Assembly: GCF_038025025.1 (NCBI RefSeq)
Contig: NW_027117342.1
Coordinates: 1,798,001 to 1,862,000 of the forward strand
From: Phyllosticta citribraziliensis
Lineage: Eukaryota
Direction of reading: 5' to 3'
DNA: 64,000 bases
A program made the position numbers and the translations under genes. This document shows positions 1 to 11,567 of the stretch, piece by piece. Numbering within the stretch: the stretch's first letter is position 1; every line of letters begins with the position of its first letter. The notes under the pieces were generated by a model. It had not been told where the DNA came from and ran no database searches. It saw only the letters and a list, made by a program, of their open reading frames with translations.

Positions 1-418
1 CCATCCCGCTGTACATGCTTCCACGCTCTGCGGACATGTATGCATTTTTCCTCAATGCCATGGCGAAGACGGGGACCCAGGTGCAGTGCATTGAATCGTT
101 GAGAGAATGCATGGTACAACGTGAGTTTGAGGATCCTCCCGTCGCGCTTGGCGGCGAAGTCGCCAGAGCTGCTCAACGATGCATTTTGAGAATCGACGAG
201 AACCTACATCGCAAGCTGGAAAAAGACAACAGACCAAGATATACCCACAACGAGTGGGTAAGATTATGGAACGCCTGCGAACCAGCACAGAAAAGATCAT
301 TTTGATTTTCCATCCGCCACGGCCAATTGTTGCAGGGGCTTTTCTCGTTCTGATGCGGGCGAAGAACAGAGACTGGCAAGATCTGAACAACTTAAGGGTC
401 TCTGCAACTTCGAATTGA
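1..418 (+). CDS. Possible 3' fragment of a gene running in from the left edge (hypothetical)
   Basis: Two overlapping + ORFs (15..305 and 179..418) with protein-like composition. No recognisable motif and no clear splice model. Confidence 0.2.
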
Positions 419-1056
419 TGTCCCAAAACCATTCCACACCATGCAATCAGCGAAACGAAAAACCTCTGTCCCACCTTCGCACTTTTATCCCCACTCCGAC
501 TTACTTGTGGCTACGGTGATGGATTACTGTGCGTGATTCATCCCAGGTGGGTCTGAGGCCAATTCGCTCTCCATTTGTATTCATGTACATCTAAAAATTT
601 GTAGCGTCCTTGAGTGCTCTGGCATTCATGCATTTCTGGAACCATCGCCCTAACGCTCTCCATCAATGGTAGTCTCATTGTGAAAGTACGGGACGTTGCA
701 GTATTCCCGGGTGATTACGATGCAGGGACATTGTACTGACGGGGAGAACGATGATCGTTCCTGCCAAAGTACCTCAGACGAATATCATGGCAGCTTCCTT
801 GACTGCACATGACCCAGTGCCTGGCCATGAACCTCTCCATTCTCCAGAGTCCAGCATCACTTTGTCCAGACATACCATTCACGCGAGAACGGCATATTCA
901 TTCATTGTTCCTCAAAACACGCATCATATCCCGATAACACCAGGGACTTTACCATCACTAAGATATAGACCCACGATCGACAAGCCTTCCGACCGCCGAC
1001 TTTCAACTGGGGCGCTATCGCTATCGATTCATATTCTGAAGGGCAACAGTTCCAGC

Positions 1057-4017
1057 ATGTGCTACTTTCTCGTCTCTGGATGTCCTGACTGCGGATTCAA
1101 CGAAGGTCCATACTTGCAGCCGTGCAAGCACTCTACCAGAATTTTCCCGGCCCTTATTACACCGTCGAGCCAACAACACTCCTCGACCAACACTGGGCAT
1201 TCGTACATAGCCACTGACAAGACCTACCCACCCACGTCCGAGTCTTCATCTCCTCGCCCGGGAACCGGCTCCTCGACCACATCTTGTGTTCGATCTACAC
1301 TTCCAACTGAAGTATCGCCCTGCAAGCCCGAAGCTTTACAAGTTTGCTCCAGCCAGGTGTCCTCGGTCCAAGCTTTCGCTTGGACCAAACATTTCAGCCC
1401 AAAACCTCAGTCTGAGGCCACAACTTCATCTGTTCGCCCAGTCAAACGCTTGCCGCTGGACCCTGAGGGTCCAAAATTCAATCCATGCCAGCCGCTGCAC
1501 CCAGCGCCCTCGCAGATATCCTTGACGGAATTCGTCACGCCTTGCCAACCGCGTTCGACGCTCGCTGTTCTAGGAAGAACGTACGGTAACGGATGCCCCA
1601 AGTGCGGAACTACATCCACGAAGGGAAAGGTGCGCAGGGGAAGCGAGGGCGAAGCAGATGTTGAGCGAAACAGTAAACGCAGGCGCGTCAGCTCTGGCAA
1701 CTTGGTTGAGACCACCGAGGCCAATCGCGAGATGGGAAAGTCATGGGGCCGACTGGCAGAAGCACAGCGTCGAATCGACCTCTGGCTGCAGGCTTCGAAC
1801 GACCAATATAGGAAGGAAATGTTCTCGCTTGGCCTCGTCCACTACCTGGAAATGTGCCTCGAGGAAGTTGACGAAATTGAAGAGGAGGAGGATCGATACA
1901 TGTTGGCGCATGGCGAGACAGAGGAAGAGGAAGAAAAGAGAATGCAAAGAAGAGCTGAATGCCGGTTCATCGTCAGCAACACCGTACTGAGAATCTGGCA
2001 CAAGGAGAGACAAGAAGAATATGAGCTACTATCACCTGGGAAACGACGGACTGAGACCCTCCTTGTTTCTCATGTCGTGGACAAGCTCCGAAATTCCGAC
2101 AGCGTCTCCATGTGGTTTCCTTCCTTGTTGGAACAAGGCCACATCCCCTGGACTCTGGAGGTCGATGAGCGGAACGACTCATCAGCTCGCGCGTCGGAAC
2201 ATGGAGCTCTGCGAGGAGGCGCGAGTAATAACAACCAGAGTCCACAGATTGGAGGGTTGGATTTTCCAAACTGGTCATGGCCAGATTTTGGTGAAGCGGA
2301 TCCCAATGACGCAGAAAAAGAAGCCAGGAAAGACTCCTCCCGGCCCGAGAACGAGAAAAATGGCAGCAAAAAGGTGGACGTGGGAACACAAACCCACGAA
2401 GGCTCGTCTTCCACAGCTGGTCCCAAGGGAAAAGAAGGCATCCATGCTGCGTCGGAAGCTATTGATTAGGCATCTAACATGGCTGATCACAAGGGCAAAG
2501 CGGCTATTAGATCTCCAACTGAAGCTGTTGGCGAGGAGTACTTCACGACGGTCGACAAAGGAAAAGCAGCTGTTAAACCTTCGAGTAATGCTGCCGGCGA
2601 GGGACCCCCCACGACAATCGACAAGGGCAAAGCAGGTTTTAGACCTGAGATCGATGCTGCTGGCGAGCATTACTTCACGACGGTCGACAAAGGCAAAGCA
2701 GCTGTTAGACCTCCGACTGACGCCGCGGGCGAGGAATCCCCCACGACAATCGGCAAGGGCAAAGCAGTCTTTAGACCTGAGATTGATGCTGCTGGTGAGG
2801 AATCCCCTACGACCATCGACAAGGGCAAATCAGCTGTTAGATCCCTGATTGATGCGGCGGGTGATGAATCCTCCATGGCCGTCAACAAGGGTAAGGCAGC
2901 AGTCAGATCCTCGTCGGGAGGCACTGACAAGAACGCTTCGGAGACTGATGAGAGGAAGCGGTTTGCTCGGCACTATGGAAAAGGTGTCGCAGACAATGAA
3001 TCCTCCCCGGCCGCCGACAAGGACAAGATGCCCCCGACGACCTCGAAGAAGGAGGCCCTCGAATCCTCCTTTCCACCTGGTGAAGATCCAGTGGACCCGC
3101 ATTTCGCTCATAATCCCTACGTCAAGCAACCTCCCAGTGGACGTTTTCAGGAGCATCTTCCGCAGGGCCTGGCGCGAACGAAGTCCGAAGATGATGAGAC
3201 AAAGACCCCGGAGAGCCCCCAGAAGGAGCATTCAACTGATGCCTCAAACACCGAGGCCCCACCGGGTAGCAAGAGGGCCATTTTGCAGGCGCTGACAGCA
3301 CGCATGCGGGCTAAGATCAAGAAGGTCGAAGAGGAGTCACTGCCTGGGAGAGCATCGTCTGTCACACCGCAAGCCTCGCCTCGTGAGCCGGCCGGAATGT
3401 TCCCCAGGAGCCCCAGTACCACAACTCCGCCCAGGAACCGCCTCCTTAAGCAGGTCCATCAGCCGGCAACGCCTGACGGCCAAGGTAGCAGTTCGCCGCC
3501 ACCTACACCCCCACAGCCACCGCTACCTTCACCTCCACTTACGCCGCCACCGCGGCCCATCGCACAGGAGCCGACGGTGGGCACGGCTTCGAGGCATCCC
3601 GCATCCGCAGCAGTAGCAGGGCCATCTTCACCATCCGCGGCAGTAGCAGGGCCATCGTCACCATCCACCCCACTTACAATCCCAACCACCGAATCCCCCT
3701 CACGCACTCCCTCACACGCACCATTCGCGCCTTCCCCCCTGAGAAGGGTCCAAACAATAAGCCCTCCGCCAACAGCGAGGTTTACTCAGCGCCTAACGCA
3801 CAGAGTCAAGAAACGGAGAACTGCTCACCGGGATAGAGCGCTCGAAAGAGAGGTCGCGCGCGCCCAGAAGGCAGCTGAGGAGAAGAGAGAACGCGAGGCG
3901 CAAGCCGCAGAGGCGGAAAGGGTGCGCCGGGAACAGGAGGAGGCGGCGGCCGCGCGGCCGAGAAGAGGCTTCATTTCAAGGACTTTGGGAGGGATGGCAG
4001 AATGGCTTCGAAGGTAG
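1057..4017 (+). CDS. Large low-complexity hypothetical protein with a Cys-rich N-terminus, 22-aa KGK repeats, a Pro-rich region and a C-terminal charged helix; interrupted by one in-frame TAG at 2467-2469 (alternatively two genes, 1057-2469 and 2479-4017)
   Basis: ORFs 751..2469 and 2479..4017 are in the same frame and 9 nt apart. The MCYFLVSGCPDCG..PC start at 1057 looks like a fungal MC-type Cys-rich N-terminus. The repeat register continues across the stop. Confidence 0.6.
2425..2910 (+). repeat. Coding tandem repeat with a 66-nt (22-aa) period, about 7 units
   Basis: KGK codons start at 2425, 2491, 2557, 2623, 2689, 2755, 2821 and 2887. Consensus is approximately KGKAAVRPxxDAAGEESPTTID. 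Confidence 0.95.
3602..3666 (+). repeat. 30-nt tandem duplication (SAAVAGPSSP x2)
   Basis: catccgcagcagtagcagggccatcttcac is followed by catccgcggcagtagcagggccatcgtcac. Confidence 0.9.
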
Positions 4018-4424
4018 CCAGGTCGCTCCTCGGATTGTGGTGGTGGTTGCGGGACGGTGTACGTGGGAGCGAGGGTAAGGATTGATGTTTGGAAGAGGCG
4101 AGCTGGTCAGTTGGGTTGAGTCTACCCTGGATATTTCTGCTTCATTGGTGAAGCTTGAGGTGTTGTGTTTTAGGGAGTATTGTCATTTCAGTCGCTGAGA
4201 CGTCTTGAGGCTGTAGTCAGCTTAATGGAATTGTTTTGCGGGAAAATGTGGTTTGATTCTTGTTCGTGCTAAGACTGAATGAATGAGACGATGTTGGCTC
4301 TTCCCACAGTTCTTGCTTATGGACGGTTTGAAATTCTTGCAGCGCTGATACCAACAGTAGACCAAAGGAATGCCCAATAAGCATGGGAACCAACTAATTC
4401 TCCAAGGGTATGTATACGAACCAA

Positions 4425-6821
4425 CTAAACGGGCAACAAAGCATCCTCCTCGTCCTCGTCCTGCCCCTCAACACCGCTCCCAAAATCCAGCTTCATGAGG
4501 AGGCGATCGACGCCGCCACCCCTCCACGGCTCGAACGCGGCGGAAGAGCCGTCCACAGCCTCGACGCTGCCGACGTTGCCAAACGTGCCCCAGCCGACCC
4601 TCTCACGGTCGAGCTCGCGCAGCCGCGCGACGAGGCCGCGCAAGTCAGCGTCGACGCGCTTGCGGCTGCGGTCCAGCTCGAGCAGGACGTCGCGCTCGTC
4701 GGCGGCGTGGTTGGCCAGCGCGTCGTCGACGACGCCGGCGTCGGCTTCGAGGTCGAGGTTCGCCTGGATGGCGCGCAGGCGGCGCAGGAAGGCGACGAGG
4801 GCGTCGACGTGGGTGAGTAGAGAGCGTAGGGCGTGCGTGTACGGCATGTCGGTGAGCAGGATCGAGTGCGAGAGGCACGAGAGGAAGAGCCGATGCGCTT
4901 TGGCAAGGACTTCGGGGTCGTGTGGCACGCTGGGCTCCTGTTCGGCGGGTTGCGTGGTGTGCGCTGAGCTGGAGCGGTTGCGACTCTGGGCTTGGAATGA
5001 ATTTGCTTCGTTGCGGAGCGAACCGTTCGACTGACGCGATGCCAGTCCGTCAAGGTCACCTTGGTGTATTGAGTGCTCCGTGTCGCCACCAACGATCCAT
5101 TTTCGAAAATGCTTCCACGATTCTTGGACAATTTCTCCTTCAAAGTAGGCTCCAAATTCGGAGAGAAGAAAGACGGCAGCACCGCATGTGGCCCAGACTT
5201 TGCGCATCTTTACTGTTCGGGCATTCGATCTCTCTCTCCTTGTCCTCAACATGTTCTGTCCAAAGGGCTTGTTGCTGGTTGGAGGCCCATAGGGAGTTGG
5301 ATGTTCTCGCCGGAGGTTGCTCTCCCGCCACAAGGCCGTCAGGCGTAGATGTGCACGCCGTATTGCAAGCAGATATGCATTAATCGACGAGTAAATGTCG
5401 ACTTCGGATTGTGTGAGGAAGAGGTCCAGGGGCGGCGAAATATCAAGGGTAAGAGTGGTTGGGACAGATAGCAAGAGGTCGTTGAAGGCGACATTTGAAA
5501 GTTTTGGCAAAGCATCTGCGGCTTCTCTAGCTCGTCCTGGAGTTGGAGGCCGCGTTGCTGTTGGTTTTGACATTGACAAGCTCACCAGATTTCTGGCAAG
5601 ATCCAGGTTTTCATCAGTCATTTCCTCGTCGTCGATAAGCGCCGTTAGAGCAGCCCACGTCTTTGCCAATACAGTGGAGACTTCGGCCTCCTTGATCAAC
5701 ATGCCGTGAACGCCACGTCCGGGCTTGTTCTGCTTCGGGTTTCTCTGACGAGATTGAATCTGGTCGTCCGAGTTCTCGATCAAGGCCACCGAAAACTCGC
5801 CACGGCCAAGCAGGAAGAACTCTTGCATTAGAGACAATATCTGCAAGATCTTTGGCAGAGGTAGAAGTTGTTGGAGCATATTTCTGGACAGCGATAGTCT
5901 AATATCAGAAATAGCCTCGGACAGTGCAGCTGAGGTCAAAGGCACTTGGAGGCCGGAGAGATGCTGAAGATGGATGGCAAGAAGTTCATGTTCTGACAAT
6001 GCCGGAGCGTTTGGTGCCTCGACCATTGAACCTCTACTACGGATTTGATCCAATGATCGTCCAATGAACAATATCGAGCTGGCGGTTCTGGACGAGACGA
6101 ACTTGGGCAGCATCCTGCTGTCCGTGACGTAGCCCACTGCGCCATCATCGTCTCTCATGAGAGAAATGAAAAAGTCCTCGGAGCCGTGGGTTGGAAGCTT
6201 CCCATACAGCACCCAAGTGCTCAGCTGCCGGAGCCAAGCTGTTTCTGCCACTTTGCTCAGGTCCAATGCAACGGCCTCGATGTCCGGATATCCAGTCTGA
6301 GCCTCCTGCCTGAGCTTGTCTATCAAGCTTGCGCTCAGGAACCTGCTAGAGTCCTTGCCTCTTGACTTGTCGGAGGGGCCCGTTGGGAGCATGTAATTGG
6401 CCAGGTCCCAGAACCACTCCATGCGCCGGGTCCACTCGTCGAACTCGGCCACGATGCCTGCCAGCGGCACGATGTTGTAGGCCCCCACTATGCTGGCATC
6501 CTGCTTCAATATGCGATCTTCAACCTCGAGGATTTTATGTTGGAAACGAGCCAAATGCGTCGAGACGATGGCGGTGGCTACTGCTCTGCAGATTGTCGAC
6601 TCATGGGATGACGCGATGCGCGAGGCATGCTTCCGGGTAGCGCGATGCAGCTCAGCCAGATGGGCGACAGACTTGAGGAGCTCTGCCTCTGGGGGAGACA
6701 GCAGAGGGAATGCGGACGTGTTTACGGCGGGATTGCTGGGGCTCTCCGTCTTCTGGTTCGCGGGACTCTCGAAGAGCGGGGAGGGATGACCCGAGAGAGA
6801 AAGGAGGATTTCGTGGAGCAT
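4425..6821 (-). CDS. GCP4: Gamma-tubulin complex component, Spc97/Spc98 family, GCP4-like
   Basis: Single-exon 798-aa ORF. N-terminal MLHEILLSLSGHPS, WLRQLSTWVLYG, SILFIGR, EFFLLGRGEF and PLDLFL..YSSINAYLL are typical GRIP-domain segments of fungal GCP4. Confidence 0.88.
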   Translation of the reverse strand: MLHEILLSLSGHPSPLFESPANQKTESPSNPAVNTSAFPLLSPPEAELLKSVAHLAELHRATRKHASRIASSHESTICRAVATAIVSTHLARFQHKILEVEDRILKQDASIVGAYNIVPLAGIVAEFDEWTRRMEWFWDLANYMLPTGPSDKSRGKDSSRFLSASLIDKLRQEAQTGYPDIEAVALDLSKVAETAWLRQLSTWVLYGKLPTHGSEDFFISLMRDDDGAVGYVTDSRMLPKFVSSRTASSILFIGRSLDQIRSRGSMVEAPNAPALSEHELLAIHLQHLSGLQVPLTSAALSEAISDIRLSLSRNMLQQLLPLPKILQILSLMQEFFLLGRGEFSVALIENSDDQIQSRQRNPKQNKPGRGVHGMLIKEAEVSTVLAKTWAALTALIDDEEMTDENLDLARNLVSLSMSKPTATRPPTPGRAREAADALPKLSNVAFNDLLLSVPTTLTLDISPPLDLFLTQSEVDIYSSINAYLLAIRRAHLRLTALWRESNLRREHPTPYGPPTSNKPFGQNMLRTRRERSNARTVKMRKVWATCGAAVFLLSEFGAYFEGEIVQESWKHFRKWIVGGDTEHSIHQGDLDGLASRQSNGSLRNEANSFQAQSRNRSSSAHTTQPAEQEPSVPHDPEVLAKAHRLFLSCLSHSILLTDMPYTHALRSLLTHVDALVAFLRRLRAIQANLDLEADAGVVDDALANHAADERDVLLELDRSRKRVDADLRGLVARLRELDRERVGWGTFGNVGSVEAVDGSSAAFEPWRGGGVDRLLMKLDFGSGVEGQDEDEEDALLPV

Positions 6822-7262
6822 GGTCGGGGAGCAGGGAGCTCAGGTTCGGCCTCACTGCGCGAGAGCAAGTCAGAGCTGCGGAATGGCGATGTTGGTGTAA
6901 CCTAACCAATGGCTAGCGCGCTGCTTACTAGAAGGTGTAGGAGGGCGAGCTGTAGACTCGCTTCTGCAAAAAACGGACGGCGGTGTTGACAAGCTCGAAG
7001 CGACACATTTGGCCTCTACAGGCCAGACGGGAGAGCGGGGAGAGACATGGGAAACAATGATAGATGCATAGTCCGGTGACGCGCTGACCTGCCCTGACGC
7101 GACTGCCGTGTTGCGGAGAAGCCGGGGTTTGCATGGTCCAAGTCGACCCACGCACGCCGCGGCTGCCAGCTCACCTCCTCGGTCCTGCAACGAAAACGAA
7201 AACATCCAACCAATGCATCTTGATATTTTTATCTGTATTTGCTTTTGGGTGTTTCTAGTGCG

Positions 7263-9714
7263 CTATATTTCAACTACTGGTTTGATCTTTGTGTCCCCTG
7301 CGTCTGACTGCGTCTTTTCCTTTTTTCCTTTCCTGAAATGCCTCTCGTCTTCCGGATTGAATCCACCATTGCCCCAGAGCGCCCACTCAGGCGTCGGCTC
7401 GCCCATGTAATCTTCCGGCGAGAACTCCTCGCCTGATTCCAACAGCTCGAAAAAGCGAGCGTAGTCGATCAACGTGCACCACTTCCATTCGCCATCAACC
7501 TGCTTCCTGAATCTCGTGCTGGCCAGCAAGACGCAGCAGCTGTGAGCGTGCTCCGCACTGATGCCGTATTCAAGACCACGCCTTGCCAGCTCCTCATTGA
7601 GAGACGTCACAAATTCTTGGACTTCCTCATAGAACGGCACGTTTTGCATGGTCAGTCCGGCCGCTGCGCTCGTAGAGGTACCACAGTAGGTCACGCCCTT
7701 GATTTCGACGAAACCAGGTAGCCCCCTCTCAACCAGGTCAGCGTATCCTCGGATCTCGTCGGCCATGTTGAATCCCTTCACCAAGGTAAGGCGGAAAACA
7801 GTGCGCTGGCGATGTCTCTTCTCGCGAAGGATATCCAGGCAAGCGCAGAACCGTTCCCAGAAATCTCTGTTCAGAGGGCGGTCAACCTTGCGCAAGCTCT
7901 CCTTGTTCGACGCGTCGATGGATACGTAGAGCTGAGTAACAGGCTTCAGAGTCGCGAGTTGAGCGGGGTGCTGCGCGTTGCACACGAGGAAAGAGGAAAT
8001 GTGGTTCTTGTGCAAGAGGTCGGTGAACTCGTTGATGTAAGGGTAGAAAATTGGCTCGCCCACCAGGCTCAGGGCGCAGTGTCGAATGCGCATGGCCTCT
8101 GCGAATCTTTCTGCGCGAACTCCAGGAACGCCGCGCATCATCTTGATCTTCTTGTAGTGACCTTGCGTAACACCTTCAAAGATCTTTTCCGGAGGATCAA
8201 CGACCCAGCGCCAAGTTGTCCCGACCGGGTTAGTTCCGTGGCGCCAGCAAAAGACGCACTTGTTGCTGCAAGAAAGCGAGGGCGTCGTCTCCATGCACAG
8301 GTGGGACCTGATACCGTAGAAAGAGTACTTGTAGCAAGATCCGCGGCCGCGAAGGGCAGACTTGGTCCATCGACATATTTTGACCCCAGAATGCGACCCG
8401 ACAATTGTGTATCCCTGTTTTGTCAAAGATGCATAGGTCGGCGACGAGCTTGGGACCATTTCCTTGGGAGCCGGGGCTTCGTTGGTCTTGGGCTTCTTGC
8501 TGTAGGTGGTGAAGTCTACCTCCATCGGCTCAGAGTCTGTGTCCGGGCTAGAGTCATCGCTGGCGTCTTTTTGGACCATACGGCCCAAGTCTTCCACGTC
8601 GTCTAGCGTCGATTTCTTGGTCTTCTTGGGTTTGCGCGCCCGTGGTTCTTCATCGTCATCGTCCTCCTCTAGGTCCTCTTCATCGCTTTCGACGGCATCT
8701 CCACTGCCAAGGACACCCTCTCCGAGTCCTTTGCCAGCAGACACATCGAGCAGAACCTCCTGTACTCCCAATCTCCACTCCTTGAAGCGCTCCTGGGCAT
8801 CGCTCTTGACATCGCCCGTACCAAGCGGGAATGCCCTCTTTCTGTCCGTCAACCTCGCCAACCATTTGTCCACATCCTTTCCTTGGTTGCAGAAACCCTC
8901 CTCTTCGGTAGACCAGCCTTCGCGGTCGCCGAAGTTGAAAACCGAGTAGCCAAGGATGCCTGACAAGGGCGCGGTGTCGATTCGAAAGTCGTGATGAGTC
9001 TCTTGCAGATGCTCAAGGAAGTTGTCCAAGCACGTGTCGATATAGTAAGTTGGGATCACGACGAAGTAAAAGTATTTGACGTTGCTAGTCTTGGGCGCGG
9101 AAATGAAGAAGTCGTCGTAGTCAATGTCTGAAAGGTCGTAAATCTCGGGGCTCAAAATGCGATTTTCCGCGTCAGATGCATTGATCCAGGCGCCCAGGTC
9201 CTCGACCAACTTCTTTGCGGCAGCCTCTGTTGTTCCACCCAAGGTCGCAAAGAAGACCAGAGGCTGTATTTTTTCCCGCGCTGGATCGAAAGTGGGTGTT
9301 TTGTTGCGAGACAATTTTGGGAGCTTGTTGCCGACAACTTTTTTGGGGCCTTTGGTACGTGCCAATGATGGCTTTGCAATTGTAATCTCTTCGACATGAT
9401 CATCCTCCAACGACTTGTTTGGTTTTTCGGACAGATGGGGGACCGTCTCGGTTTCGATCCATTTTGCAGCAATGTCCTCAACCTTGCGACTCGGTGAGCC
9501 GGGGACGGGGGTGGCAGAGAGCTTTTGGCGATTCGGCGTGCGCAAGTATTGGACCAGACGGACGAGAAGCAGGACCGTGAACGCGACAGCCAAGACAGGC
9601 ACGCGAGAGGTGTGCCAGAGGCTTAAAAGCTCTGCAACATGTCAGCGATGCTTTTTTCTCGACAAGAACCGAATTACCATCTGGCAGAGCCTGCAACGAC
9701 TCGGTGGGAGACAT
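7263..9714 (-). CDS. TYW1: tRNA 4-demethylwyosine synthase (flavodoxin + radical SAM); exons 9714-9678 and 9631-7263
   Basis: N-terminal TM anchor, flavodoxin-like domain, GSHSGVKICRWTK, CYKYSFYGI, radical SAM CSNKCVFC, HCALSLVGEP and EIKGVTYCG. A 46-nt intron (GTAATT...GCTGAC...CAG) joins the ATG at 9714 in frame. Confidence 0.95.
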
Positions 9715-9924
9715 GGCGGAGGTGAGAGGTGGGCGTTGCAAATTCCAAATCCAGGGCTTGCGGTTCGCTGTTGTACCCCACACCCGACGCTAGAGCCGCG
9801 GCCGTGACGCGCGTGGAGCTCGGACGGCAAGGAAGTCACCAGCCTCCTGCCTGTGCGCGTTCGCATCATGTCAACTTCTACCCGCGTCACTGGATGAGCT
9901 TCTGTCTCATCTCGAGTCGCCGCC
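9715..9924. promoter_or_regulatory. Short divergent (likely bidirectional) promoter between TYW1 and the PQ-loop gene
   Basis: Only 210 bp separate the two head-to-head ATGs. Contains a GC-rich GTGACGCGCGTGG element near 9803-9815. Confidence 0.55.
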
Positions 9925-10951
9925 ATGGAATCTTGGGAAGCTATCAGCGACGACTGCAAGCCGTTGGCCCACCCGAACCTGGGCAACTTTGGACTCTCCA
10001 TGTAAACGCCGCGCTCAATACCTTGTTGTCCTGCCTAACGATGTAGCTTTGTGCAGCTTCATCCTCCTCGGGATTCTCGTATCGTATCTTCCTCAGCACG
10101 CAAAGATCATCATCCGCCGCTCCTCTGAAGGACTGTCCCCATGGTTCGTCCTGCTGGGAACTACCTCTGGCACATGCGCCATCGCCAACATCCTCGTCCT
10201 CCCCAGAAGTCGATCCGATATAGGTTGCTGTAGCGAGATTGGCGGGTTCCCGTGTGCAGCTGCATTGTTGGGCATTGCCCAGGTCGGCGCGCAATGGAGC
10301 TGCTTTTTCTTGATGTGAGAAGCATCGCCACTCCATTTGGATGCGACGCGTGGCTAACCCAGGAATCAGAATGCTACTCTTCTTGGTCTTCTTCCCACGA
10401 GACCAAACTACGACGGTCGAACCCGACGAAGACGACCATCAGTCTCCTTACACGATTCGACAAGCCCTCGGTGTGGTTGCGCTTTCCATCGCCCACTTCT
10501 TCGTGGTGTTCCTTGTTTCCGTCGTCCTGCTCGCCCGCTTTCCGGGCAAGCTGCAGCTTTGGGCAAATATCCTCGGCATCATGGCGACGTGCCTCGCGTC
10601 GATCCAGTACATTCCCCAGATATGGACCACTTGGAGACTGCAGCATGTTTACAGCTTGAGCATCCCGATGATGTTGATTCAAACGCCGGGAAGCTTTGTC
10701 TTCGCCACCAGCCTGGCCGTCAGGCTGGGCGCCTCCGGCTGGAGTGCTTGGGGTGTTTACATTGTGACTGGTTGCTTGCAGGGCGTTCTCTTGGGCATGG
10801 GAATCTGGTTTTGGTACAGGGACAAAAGAGAACAGAAGGACGCGACTGAGGATGGGGTAGGCAGTATGATTCCAGCCTGGTCGAACACCACACTGACACT
10901 TTACAGAATCACACAGCAAATGAACAGACGCCGCTGCTTCAGGATGACTGA
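9925..10951 (+). CDS. PQ-loop repeat membrane transporter, probably vacuolar; exons 9925-10001, 10057-10314, 10370-10856 and 10907-10951
   Basis: Two PQ motifs (SYLPQH..SSEGLS and QYIPQI..SLSIPM) and multiple TM helices. Three canonical introns keep the frame. The last exon encodes the acidic dileucine EQTPLL. Confidence 0.88.
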
Positions 10952-11567
10952 AGAAACGATTGAGTTTAGATTGCAAAGGTGCTGGCCAGGTAATTGTCGA
11001 GCTATCAACCCATCATTCAGGAGATGCATCGAAGGGGCTCGGGAGTCTATGCATTTTGCTTTTGGCGTGAAAATAGACATGTTGAGTAGTTCAAAAGTCG
11101 ACTTGCTGGGATGTTTCGTTTGGGTGACGCTGCCCAAAGCAGATCGAAAATACCCAGTGGTGAAACGCACTTGTAAGAAGGAGTAAAGGTCAGACATCGA
11201 GCTCACAGATGAAGTCCCGCCAAATAAATCAAATTGAAGAAGCAGGACACGAGCAACGGAAAGGTGTTGGTTGATGCAAGGGAAGGGAGCAGTAGCCGGC
11301 CGGATCAGATAAGGGATTAAGCTTTTCCCTACAGGGCATGTGCCGCAGCGCGTCCTTCCCGAGAGCAGCGCGCACGTCCCTCCGCGTCTGCGGGCGACTT
11401 CCGTTAGTTGTGAAAGTCAATAACTCATCATTGCGAGCATCCACTCGACCACACCGCCCTAAAATCCGCCGAAATACCACACATCGCTCGACCGCCATCC
11501 CCGCTTCGCCCTTTGCTGCTCACGCCTATGTCGTGATCCCCATCGCATCTCGCACACCACACGCAGA

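Noticed and set aside
751..1056. N-terminal 102 codons of ORF 751..2469
   Set aside because: Looks like promoter or 5' UTR that is open by chance. The ATG at 1057 with its MC..CxxC motif is the more plausible start, though this is not proven.
2425..2910. Regularly spaced repeats as a CRISPR-like array
   Set aside because: Contiguous degenerate coding repeats without unique spacers, in a eukaryotic ORF.
4410..5034. Overlapping ORFs in the very GC-rich 3' end of GCP4
   Set aside because: High GC3 removes stops in other frames. The GCP4 frame is continuous, with no sign of an insertion.
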